Positions 28,589 through 36,493 of a stretch of 64,000 bases of DNA are shown here, in pieces (the first letter of the stretch is position 1; every line of letters starts with the position of its first letter). A program made the position numbers and the translations under genes. Source of the DNA: a virus; IMG/VR virus record IMGVR_UViG_3300029305_002311; one strand, given 5' to 3'. Under the pieces are notes generated by a model. That model made no database searches. It saw only the letters and a list, made by a program, of their open reading frames with translations, and was not told the DNA's origin.

Positions 28589-30841
28589 CTATTTTAATGG
28601 GCCTGCAATAAAAGAGCCGCTTCCGTTATTAAAGTAGAAAGATAAAGAAATTCTATCATATAGTCCTACATTTCCTTCAAAGTCTTTAGCTGGAATATAG
28701 TCTCTTATTAGCTCTCCAGATTTATTTGTAATCTTACAATAGTGTAGTTTGTATTTGTTTGATTGAGCGCCATTGTCACTATATCTTGGTTCACCAAGTA
28801 AATATAGGTTAGCTGGAGTCACTGGAGTATTAGTAATTGATGAATTATCTAATACAATTTCTCCATTAAATATAACTTTACCTAAGTTTGTATATATTGT
28901 ATTTTTATTATCTTTAGTTCCAGTTCCAAATCTAAAGTCATTTGCATATAGGTATCTAAATACATTGTTTTGGTAAGTTAATATCATAGTATTGTAATCC
29001 CAAGTAGAAGACGCAGACCAAATTACACTATTTTCAGTAGCTACTTCAGATATCTGTATTTCAATACTTCCTAAATCATCTGCACTTACACCAGTATCTA
29101 TGTATTGAGTTCCAGTAGATTGTATATAGTCTAACTCTATTAATTGAGCTACGCCTTCTAATATTGAGTCAGCTATAGCATCGCAAGTCTTATAATCATT
29201 TAAACTAGTAATATTTACAGCTCTTACATATCCTGAGCCAGAGTGATACCCTTTAGGTATAGCAATTGTTGAGTCTCCTGGAGTAATATATTTTGTTCCA
29301 ATATTAGGCATAGTTCCTGATAGTAGACCAGTAGAGCTATGAGCTGTTTTTCCTGATAATAAGTTAGCTGCAGTAGCTGTATCTTCATTAGTGTTATACA
29401 TTGTTGATTCATCTATTTTTATATTATCTACTACAGTTTCTCCATTCTCTCTCATTATTAAATAAGCAGCTTGAGATGGATTTTCAATCCAAACGTTGTC
29501 TTCTACTCTAAAGAAAGTGTATAGTGTTTTAGCTCCCCAACCTGATGAAGAAGGGTCTCCACCGTTACCGAAGTTTGGAATTGCGTAAGGTGTAGCTGTA
29601 GTAACTCTAGTTAATGTGTTGTTCTCTACACTGTATTTATAAATATAAGATGTATTTATATCTGAAATAAATACATAATCATTAAAAGTGGCTACATATA
29701 TACCATTAAGAGTGTTCATGCTAAAAGGTACTGTAGTTGTTTGAATTAAAGTCCTTGTATCTAAATCATATAAGCTAAAGTCTCTAGTAGCTCTATCTAC
29801 AGTAACAAAATAGCTATCTTTAAAGATAGCAGCTACTGCACTATCCATTATAGTGCTACTTATAGCTGTGTGAGATATAGTTTGAGCATTTGCATTTACT
29901 GTATAGATTCTAGCTGCTCCTACAGTACTTAATATACATTTACTTCCTTGAGAATTCCAAGAAATACATCTTCCTTCAGAAGTTCCAGTAGTTGTAACTG
30001 TATAAACTCCATTAGCTATAAATCCAGCATACCCATAATCACTTGAATAATAGCCAAGTCTTCCATACATAATAACTGATTTATTGCTCATAGGATTGAA
30101 TTTAATTTTTATACCACCGTCCCATGTATTACCAACCCCATTAACACCACAATGGCTTCTAGGTAATGCAGTTGAGTTGTTATATATATTTACTACCTCT
30201 TTCTTTTCATAGTCATAATCCACTATCAATGTTCTTACATTGCTATTAGGAACATCTTGTACTACAAATCCAAATCTTAAAGTGCCATCATCATTTTTCC
30301 AATAAGCTATATCTGCAGAAACAAAACACCAGCCACTAAATCCTACATCAGCTGTAGTAATTTGATAGTTAGTTCTTGTCCATACATTATTATCATTTAA
30401 CTCAAAAAATACATAGTTAGGAGCATACACATTATAGTTTGTTACTGTACTTCCGTTACTAAATAAAGCTAATCTATGTCTATAACTACAAGCCACTATT
30501 CTATTAGTTGTTGTAGTGCACCAGCTAGTATCATAAGTAGTTCTAGTTAATGTATTCAATGTTGGATTCATTGTCTTATATAAAGTTTTTACTTGCCCAG
30601 TAATTTTTTGGTCATTTACATAAGCAGTTTTAGGGTAAATAATATCATTAGCTGTTGCAGTTGCATCTTCTGTCTTAATTCCAGTTTCTATAGCTCTTAT
30701 TTTATCTGCATAACTTCTAAAAGTATCTGAATCTGAAATAGGTTGTTCTTTATCTATAATTGCTTGTTTTATTAAATCTTTAGTTTCATTAAGGTAAGCT
30801 AAATTGTCTTGCAAGTCTTGAGGTGTATACTTATCAGACAT
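28589..30841 (-). CDS. tail fibre/receptor-binding protein, A-type adaptor + distinct body (paralog P1)
   Basis: 750 aa. TPQDLQDNLAYLNETKDLIKQAIIDKEQPISDSDTFRSYADKIRAIE, then a beta-rich body. The C-terminal ~190 aa (LDYIQSTGTQYIDTGV...LYLLG...KLHYCKI...LIRDYIPAKD..GNVGLYD...FYFNNGSGSF) resembles a lectin-like tip seen in other phage fibres (from memory). Confidence 0.6.
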   Translation of the reverse strand: MSDKYTPQDLQDNLAYLNETKDLIKQAIIDKEQPISDSDTFRSYADKIRAIETGIKTEDATATANDIIYPKTAYVNDQKITGQVKTLYKTMNPTLNTLTRTTYDTSWCTTTTNRIVACSYRHRLALFSNGSTVTNYNVYAPNYVFFELNDNNVWTRTNYQITTADVGFSGWCFVSADIAYWKNDDGTLRFGFVVQDVPNSNVRTLIVDYDYEKKEVVNIYNNSTALPRSHCGVNGVGNTWDGGIKIKFNPMSNKSVIMYGRLGYYSSDYGYAGFIANGVYTVTTTGTSEGRCISWNSQGSKCILSTVGAARIYTVNANAQTISHTAISSTIMDSAVAAIFKDSYFVTVDRATRDFSLYDLDTRTLIQTTTVPFSMNTLNGIYVATFNDYVFISDINTSYIYKYSVENNTLTRVTTATPYAIPNFGNGGDPSSSGWGAKTLYTFFRVEDNVWIENPSQAAYLIMRENGETVVDNIKIDESTMYNTNEDTATAANLLSGKTAHSSTGLLSGTMPNIGTKYITPGDSTIAIPKGYHSGSGYVRAVNITSLNDYKTCDAIADSILEGVAQLIELDYIQSTGTQYIDTGVSADDLGSIEIQISEVATENSVIWSASSTWDYNTMILTYQNNVFRYLYANDFRFGTGTKDNKNTIYTNLGKVIFNGEIVLDNSSITNTPVTPANLYLLGEPRYSDNGAQSNKYKLHYCKITNKSGELIRDYIPAKDFEGNVGLYDRISLSFYFNNGSGSFIAGPLK

Positions 30842-30844
30842 AGA

Positions 30845-31156
30845 CTATACCTCCTCTCCATTTATGTCTACTACAGTAATAGTAGCATCATTTACTTGTT
30901 TAGTAAGTTCTACTATTGTATTTTGTTGTTCAACTATTCTATCTTCTAATTCAGCAACAGTAGTTCCAAGAAGTATACCTTTTATATCTGCATACCTTTT
31001 TGTAGCTTCTTCATTAGTTGCTAAGTCTTCTACATATTTTTCTCCATTTCTCATAAACCAGATAACATCAGTATTATCTTCTGGGTCAATATACACTGTT
31101 TGAATTAGAGATATATTTACTAGTTTTCCGTCTAATCTCTCAATAAAAAGAGTCAT
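30845..31156 (-). CDS. hypothetical small protein (paralog of 31162..31395)
   Basis: 103 aa. MTLFIERLDGKLVNISLIQTVYI aligns with MRMFIETNNGRLQNLYLLQDVRV. Confidence 0.55.
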   Translation of the reverse strand: MTLFIERLDGKLVNISLIQTVYIDPEDNTDVIWFMRNGEKYVEDLATNEEATKRYADIKGILLGTTVAELEDRIVEQQNTIVELTKQVNDATITVVDINGEEV

Positions 31157-31161
31157 ATTAT

Positions 31162-31395
31162 CTACTCCTCTCCTGTTGCTACTAATTTAGCAACAATATC
31201 TTTTCTTATTGCTTCTGCTTCTTCTTGAGTAGCATAAGCTCCTTCTTTTATAATAACTCCGTTCATTTGAACGTACGCTACGGCGTAAGTCAATTCATCA
31301 GAGTCTAATTTCTTTTCATTTTCTATTACTCTTACATCTTGTAAAAGATAAAGATTTTGTAATCTTCCATTATTAGTCTCTATAAACATTCTCAT
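31162..31395 (-). CDS. hypothetical small protein (paralog of 30845..31156)
   Basis: 77 aa. AAGGAGAG RBS. First gene after the terminator at 31456-31479. Confidence 0.55.
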   Translation of the reverse strand: MRMFIETNNGRLQNLYLLQDVRVIENEKKLDSDELTYAVAYVQMNGVIIKEGAYATQEEAEAIRKDIVAKLVATGEE

Positions 31396-31455
31396 CTCTC
31401 CTTCCTATAGTAATATATAATAAGTCTACTCTTTTTAATTTCTCACACAAATAAA

Positions 31456-31479
31456 TAGACCTACAATAAAATAGGTCTA
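31456..31479 (-). terminator. rho-independent terminator
   Basis: TAGACCTA / TAGGTCTA 8-bp stem with an 8-nt loop. On the minus strand it is followed by TTTATTTGTGTG. Confidence 0.55.
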
Positions 31480-31494
31480 ATATATTAAAATACT

Positions 31495-31558
31495 AAACAT
31501 CAGAATGACTTGAGAGGCATTTTCTGTGTTTAGATATATAATTATATAGCTTAGCGCT
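31495..31558 (+). promoter_or_regulatory. conserved intergenic box + TATATA + AGCGCT element, copy C (inverted relative to the genes)
   Basis: PLUS strand reads AAACATCAGAATGACTTGAGAGGCATTTTCTG-N8-TATATAATTATATAGCTTAGCGCT. The AGCGCT end overlaps the stop codon of 31551..32195. Confidence 0.55.
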
Positions 31559-32195
31559 GCTCAAATATTCTTTCTACATTAGAAAATGAATAATAGTCAT
31601 CTTTCTTTCCTCTAGCTTGTATATATTGATTCTTTCCTGATTTTCTAAATGAAAACTGAGTAGTGTCTTCTAATTTTACCCAATTAGTATCGTCTATCTT
31701 GTATTCTAAGAAGTCATATTTAGTATTAGTAGAGATAGAGCAATAAGCTATTTCATCAGATTCTCTTAAAGTAAGAGTTAGATAAAGTCTATCTGAAGAA
31801 ACTGATGGTATTTTTATTTTATCTCTTACAGTAGTATTTGTTATATATTCTGCTTCTGAATCTACATTTAAGTCAGCTTCTATAGTTAACACTTGAGTTT
31901 TATCTGATTGAGCTATGTGTGTAATATAAGTCATAAGCTCAGTTTCATCTGAGTTAGTTGTATCTATGTATACAGTATCTTTAGCTGCAGGAATATCATT
32001 TATTCTTAATTTAACACTAGCCTCTCCTTTATACAATTGAACATCTGGCTCTTTGAAAGGGTCATGTTTTAGATGAGCTTTTATTTTTATACCTTTTCTA
32101 CCATAGATTTCTTCATCATATACCGAAGTAGTAATACCTAAAGTAAAGTGTTCTCCTAATCTACCGTTACATTTTACTGTTTCTGTATGTACCAT
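31551..32195 (-). CDS. hypothetical structural protein
   Basis: 214-aa beta-rich ORF in the tail accessory region. Confidence 0.6.
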   Translation of the reverse strand: MVHTETVKCNGRLGEHFTLGITTSVYDEEIYGRKGIKIKAHLKHDPFKEPDVQLYKGEASVKLRINDIPAAKDTVYIDTTNSDETELMTYITHIAQSDKTQVLTIEADLNVDSEAEYITNTTVRDKIKIPSVSSDRLYLTLTLRESDEIAYCSISTNTKYDFLEYKIDDTNWVKLEDTTQFSFRKSGKNQYIQARGKKDDYYSFSNVERIFEQR

Positions 32196-32204
32196 GTCTA
32201 CCTC

Positions 32205-32606
32205 CTATATTTCTATCGAGTCTTTAAATTCTTCTAGTTTGATTAGTTCATCATAAAATCCTCTAAAAGTAGTATCTTCAGGAATGTAGTCAAGACTTAT
32301 TTCTCTTCTTGATATTGAGTAGTCTGTATTTAATAATTCAGCATTCGCAAATTGAGCTTCTTGTATTTTATTAGTTAAAGCTAGTACTACTTCATCTTCT
32401 GTTGTAGTTTCTAATTTAGTATATAAATCTTGTATTTTTGCTCTAGTTTCATCTGCTAATTTGGCTTTATTTCTATAATCTTCTGATATATAATCTTCTA
32501 AAGTTACAATACTTTGATTTTTATTATAGTTGATAGCTACTTTTACTATTCTATGATATTTAGTAATAAGCCCTGATTCTTTAGTCACTTCTTTACTTAT
32601 TGCCAT
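32205..32606 (-). CDS. hypothetical protein (paralog of 34992..35417)
   Basis: 133 aa. MAISKEVTKESGLITKYHRIVKVAINYN aligns with MALSKAIRLANGATLNYHVVDIVEAFSD. Confidence 0.55.
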   Translation of the reverse strand: MAISKEVTKESGLITKYHRIVKVAINYNKNQSIVTLEDYISEDYRNKAKLADETRAKIQDLYTKLETTTEDEVVLALTNKIQEAQFANAELLNTDYSISRREISLDYIPEDTTFRGFYDELIKLEEFKDSIEI

Positions 32607-33393
32607 TGTTTATTACCTCCTTAATAAAGTTTATTATGAATTGAATTAGTTTTCTTAATATATAGAATGTTGGAGTAGTAGCTTCTATATTTGTAGATTC
32701 TTGAGCTGCTAAAGTTACTCCCCAAGCTTCTCTTATTTTATATTCATATGGAAGAATGCAAAGTCCGTTATCTCCCCACTCTTTTCCCCAGCTGTTTTGA
32801 ACTATATAGCCAGTTTCATTCCATCCAAGTAACAACATCATGTGCCCTGAATTAGGGTAATAGTCTGGAACTTGAACTATATTCTTATCATCTAATTGTA
32901 AGTTATCAGTAGCTATAGCGATTGGAATTGGAGTTTGTTTACTATAAAGCCAAGACTTAATTTCTTGTTCTGTATAAAGTCTTGCATAAGATTGAATTTT
33001 GTATTCATCAGCCAAAGCTTCTAATAATACAAAGTTATCATCAACTTTCTTTTTAGCTTCTTGCATTTCTATGTTATAGTTGAAGTTTTTATTCTGAACT
33101 GCTCCAAGTTTTTGTAAAGTTTTAAGAGCTTCTCTAGGGTACATTCCTTCTCCTTGATAATAACCTTCTGGCCTATAGCCATAAATCCAACCGGTTGAAT
33201 AGATAGTACCTTCTTTTTCTTCTATCATTGAAGATAGAGCGTGAGCTACACAAGAGTTTACATACCCTTGGTCTTTTATAGAAGCAGCTTTTAAGCTATA
33301 CTCTTTTGGAAGAGTTATAGCTTTAACTGCTGAGCATACTCTAAAATCTCTTAAATCTTTAGGTGATTCTAACGAACCGAATTTTCTTTCCAT
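32593..33393 (-). CDS. papain-like (C1 family) cysteine peptidase
   Basis: 266 aa. KDQGYVNSCVAHALSS (Gln oxyanion plus catalytic Cys), NSGHMMLLLGWN (His), VQNSWGKEWGDNG (Asn/Trp). This is the canonical C1A order. Amphipathic C-terminal tail. Confidence 0.75.
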   Translation of the reverse strand: MERKFGSLESPKDLRDFRVCSAVKAITLPKEYSLKAASIKDQGYVNSCVAHALSSMIEEKEGTIYSTGWIYGYRPEGYYQGEGMYPREALKTLQKLGAVQNKNFNYNIEMQEAKKKVDDNFVLLEALADEYKIQSYARLYTEQEIKSWLYSKQTPIPIAIATDNLQLDDKNIVQVPDYYPNSGHMMLLLGWNETGYIVQNSWGKEWGDNGLCILPYEYKIREAWGVTLAAQESTNIEATTPTFYILRKLIQFIINFIKEVINNGNK

Positions 33394-33406
33394 AAATTAT
33401 TCCTCC

Positions 33407-34999
33407 TTATTTAATTACTGCTGGTTCATTGTAAACTAAGATTGAGCTATCTCCTACATAGTATGTATGAGTGTCTTCAACAACAATTTCATAAACATTT
33501 ACTACGTCTGTTATTTCAAAGCTTACACTACTTATATCTACTTCTTCTCCATCTTTATTTCTTAATTTGTCTGTAGCTGATAGGTTCTTAGCTTCTACTG
33601 CAAGTTTATCTATTACATAGAATGGATGGTCTCCTGTAGATTGTATTCTTTCTCCATTAGCTTCTATAGTATAAATTATAGACTCTGGGTGAGTATAAGT
33701 TTCAGTAACTGTTTTTGTCTCATTTTGTTGAGTTTCAAAGTTATAAGAAATTACTTCATCTCCAGCTTCTATTTCTTCTATATTAGTTAATCCACTAGGA
33801 GTTAATACTTTAGTTCCTTCTATAAAGCAAGGTTCTCCTTGAATTAATCCTTTTTGATTCCAGAACCATTTAGACTCACTAGAATCCCAGTAAATATAGA
33901 AATCTTGTCCGCCAGTTATGTTATTGAATAAGTATTCATAATCTCCGTTATACATTGAACTATATGATTTTAGTACTACATACAAATAAGTGTATCTACT
34001 CTTTCTATCTGCTCCAGATAATATATTGTTAGATTTTATAAGGGTACCATCTTCTACCCATTGTTCTAATTGATTTATAACTGTAGAAGTCATGTATGCT
34101 GTAAGAGTATTTTCATCTGGAGTACTTGGTGGATATGAAGTTCCATCTCCAACTGACCATGCTTTTAATTGAGAAGGCATTGCATACAATGCTGCATCAA
34201 ATGCTTTTTGTATATTAGATATATTGTTATTAGCTACTACAATATCTTCTTCAATTTGTTCTGTACCTGCTGCTATTTTATTATCTATTTGCTCTTGACT
34301 TAGTATTGATATCTCTGTTTTGTTTACAGAAGAATAAGTATTTCCTGTTCCTCTAGTAAAAGTCATTGTTATCAATTTGTTATTATTTGTGTCTACATAA
34401 GAAATTAAGTCTACAGTTTCAGTACTATCAGGAGTTAATAAACCTGTAAATTGATAGCAGCAATTATAATCTCCTGTTCCCATTGAATTAGATATGTCTA
34501 TAATTACGTGTTGTTGAGTAGATAAAGCATTTTGAAAGTTAGCGATATTTTCTTCTCCATCAAAAGCTTGCGTTATTTCTTCAGAAGTAGACTCATTAGT
34601 TAAATCTAAAATCATACTACTTGTATGAAATATCTCTACTGTGCTATTATCTTGTTCTTCTGGATTTATATGTGAAACTAAGAAGTCTGTTCCATCATAT
34701 GTTATTGCATAAACTTGATTTATTGCAATCCATCCATCAAATAAATCTACTTTAATTCCATTCTTATAAGTTTTTAAAGATTTAGCTCCTAAGCTATTTA
34801 CATTCATTGTGCATTGTGCAGATGTTCCATGAGCATTACTTAATATATGTACTGTTTTATGTAAGAGCTCATTATAGTTAGTGATTCCATATATCTCTAT
34901 TTCTCTAGCAGCTGCATCTGATGAATTTTCTATTATAGGTGCATCTAATAATCTTTGTGTTCCTTTAAATAAAACCATTATTATCTCCTTCCTAGCCAA
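33407..34999 (-). CDS. structural protein ending in a Hint (Hedgehog/intein-type) autoprocessing domain
   Basis: 530 aa. Residues 391-524 (nt 33829-33428) run from CFIEGTKVLTPSG...DHPFYV... to ...THTYYVGDSSILVYN, i.e. the Cys1 and terminal Asn blocks of a Hint fold. Only 6 residues (EPAVIK) follow. Confidence 0.65.
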   Translation of the reverse strand: MARKEIIMVLFKGTQRLLDAPIIENSSDAAAREIEIYGITNYNELLHKTVHILSNAHGTSAQCTMNVNSLGAKSLKTYKNGIKVDLFDGWIAINQVYAITYDGTDFLVSHINPEEQDNSTVEIFHTSSMILDLTNESTSEEITQAFDGEENIANFQNALSTQQHVIIDISNSMGTGDYNCCYQFTGLLTPDSTETVDLISYVDTNNNKLITMTFTRGTGNTYSSVNKTEISILSQEQIDNKIAAGTEQIEEDIVVANNNISNIQKAFDAALYAMPSQLKAWSVGDGTSYPPSTPDENTLTAYMTSTVINQLEQWVEDGTLIKSNNILSGADRKSRYTYLYVVLKSYSSMYNGDYEYLFNNITGGQDFYIYWDSSESKWFWNQKGLIQGEPCFIEGTKVLTPSGLTNIEEIEAGDEVISYNFETQQNETKTVTETYTHPESIIYTIEANGERIQSTGDHPFYVIDKLAVEAKNLSATDKLRNKDGEEVDISSVSFEITDVVNVYEIVVEDTHTYYVGDSSILVYNEPAVIK

Positions 35000-35417
35000 C
35001 TATTTTAGCTAATTTAAATTGGTCTGTTTCTATAAGTGCTTTTTCTATAGTTAATTTAGATAAATCATCTAAATCTGTAAGTTCTACTATTATTTCTCCA
35101 ACTATACAATCTTCATATGCTGCACTAGCATTTATTTTATCAGCTAATTCATTTATCTGTAATTGTAATTTATCTAATTTTTTAAGTTCTGTTTTAGTAG
35201 GTGTTTCTTTCTCCATTAGTGGAGTAAATTGGTCTACTAGTTTTTCTTGGTCACTTTGTAGAATAGTTTTTTGCATTGCTTTTAAATAAAAATCTTTAGA
35301 AGTAAATCCATGCACTGAAACTCTAGCAGAATTATCACTAAAAGCTTCTACTATATCTACAACATGATAATTTAAAGTTGCTCCATTTGCTAATCTTATT
35401 GCTTTTGATAATGCCAT
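34992..35417 (-). CDS. hypothetical protein (paralog of 32205..32606)
   Basis: 141-aa ORF with the shared N-terminal pattern MA(I/L)SK...YH. Confidence 0.55.
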   Translation of the reverse strand: MALSKAIRLANGATLNYHVVDIVEAFSDNSARVSVHGFTSKDFYLKAMQKTILQSDQEKLVDQFTPLMEKETPTKTELKKLDKLQLQINELADKINASAAYEDCIVGEIIVELTDLDDLSKLTIEKALIETDQFKLAKIVG

Positions 35418-35428
35418 TTAATTACCTC

Positions 35429-36478
35429 CTATTCATAATTAGTTGTGTACATATCTATTATGTGAGTTGTTCCTCCTGAATCTTTAACAATTATGTATCT
35501 AGCAGTTTTCTTTTTACCGCTTGAATCATAATAGTATGCCATCGGACATTCAGTCTTAGCTCCTCCAGCACTACTTACATAATATACTATGCCGTCTTTA
35601 TATATGCTTACATTATTATTGCCTGCTTCTACATATCCTAACCAACCAGAGCTATGACCACTAGTATTAGAAGTCATATAAGCAGCTACTCTAGTAGCTA
35701 TTAAGTCTCCTGGTCTTAAATTCATTATACTTCCAGGATTAAATGTAAGGCTAGTTCCTGTAACATTAGTATTTACATCTGTCCAGCTAGACCATGACCC
35801 TCTATATCTTCTCATTTGCACTCTGTATTTAGAAATTGAGTTTCCAGTTCCAGCTTTAGCTGCTGTCCAAGATACTTTTAAATCCCAGTCAGGTTTTCTA
35901 GTAGTTGCTGAATTAGTAACTCCTTTTAAATTAGTAGGGTCTGACCAAGGTGGTGTAGGGTCATATTCAGGAACTGCTACATTAGCTATAGTATAGTCTC
36001 TATTATTATCTACTGTACAGTTAGTACATCCAGCTCTAGCTTTAAATACTAAAGCCATTTTATCATTACTTGGCCAGTTTATATCAAATGTATGAGTTCC
36101 TTTAGAAATAGCACTAGTCCATTGACTTGGACTGTTACCTTTGTAAGCTATCTCTTTTTCTACTCCACCAATTTGAGCAAATAAATCTATATAATAACCG
36201 AAGTAAGCAGTCCAACTAGAATTTGCATTATTACCATAGTTTCCTGTAGATGAGTCTGCTTTATTCCAACCTAATCCAGATTCAAATAATCTCCAAAGTT
36301 CTCCGTAAAGAGTAACATGCACTGTTGGAGAAGTTTTACTGTCTCTAGTTAAAGTATAACTGATAGTTGTGTACATTCTTGGATGATTTTTATTAGTAGC
36401 TATAAAAGTAGTGCCACTATTTGAGTACTGCGGACCATGCCACTGTAAACTATAGCTACCTGATTTAGTTTCAGCCAT
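35429..36478 (-). CDS. structural protein with a fibronectin type III-like domain
   Basis: 349 aa. PDWDLKVSWTAAKAGTGNSISKYRVQMRRYRGSWSSWTDVNTNVTGTSLTFNPG...LRPGDLIATRVAAY is an FN3-like W...Y.V...W....T....L.PG..Y pattern. Confidence 0.55.
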   Translation of the reverse strand: MAETKSGSYSLQWHGPQYSNSGTTFIATNKNHPRMYTTISYTLTRDSKTSPTVHVTLYGELWRLFESGLGWNKADSSTGNYGNNANSSWTAYFGYYIDLFAQIGGVEKEIAYKGNSPSQWTSAISKGTHTFDINWPSNDKMALVFKARAGCTNCTVDNNRDYTIANVAVPEYDPTPPWSDPTNLKGVTNSATTRKPDWDLKVSWTAAKAGTGNSISKYRVQMRRYRGSWSSWTDVNTNVTGTSLTFNPGSIMNLRPGDLIATRVAAYMTSNTSGHSSGWLGYVEAGNNNVSIYKDGIVYYVSSAGGAKTECPMAYYYDSSGKKKTARYIIVKDSGGTTHIIDMYTTNYE

Positions 36479-36493
36479 CTAAACTCCTCCTCT

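Noticed and set aside
29224-29412. 62-aa minus-strand ORF nested in another frame of 28589..30841
   Set aside because: Fully contained in a 750-aa gene with paralog support. Gln/Leu-rich, no RBS.
12246-30841. Diversity-generating retroelement acting on the RBP paralogs
   Set aside because: No reverse transcriptase and no template/variable repeat pair with A-specific differences could be seen. The conserved C-terminal module is invariant rather than hypervariable.
12246-31395. Recurrent C-terminal ...GEE(V/A/G) / ...GGE endings of many small and large ORFs
   Set aside because: This is explained by the GGAGAGGAGG-type Shine-Dalgarno of the next gene being embedded in the last codons of the upstream gene (translational coupling). 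It is not a shared peptide signal.
33428-33829. Canonical self-splicing intein
   Set aside because: Only six residues follow the terminal Asn, and the +1 residue is Glu rather than Cys/Ser/Thr. No homing endonuclease insert and no recognisable host protein is split. It is better described as a terminal Hint autoprocessing domain.
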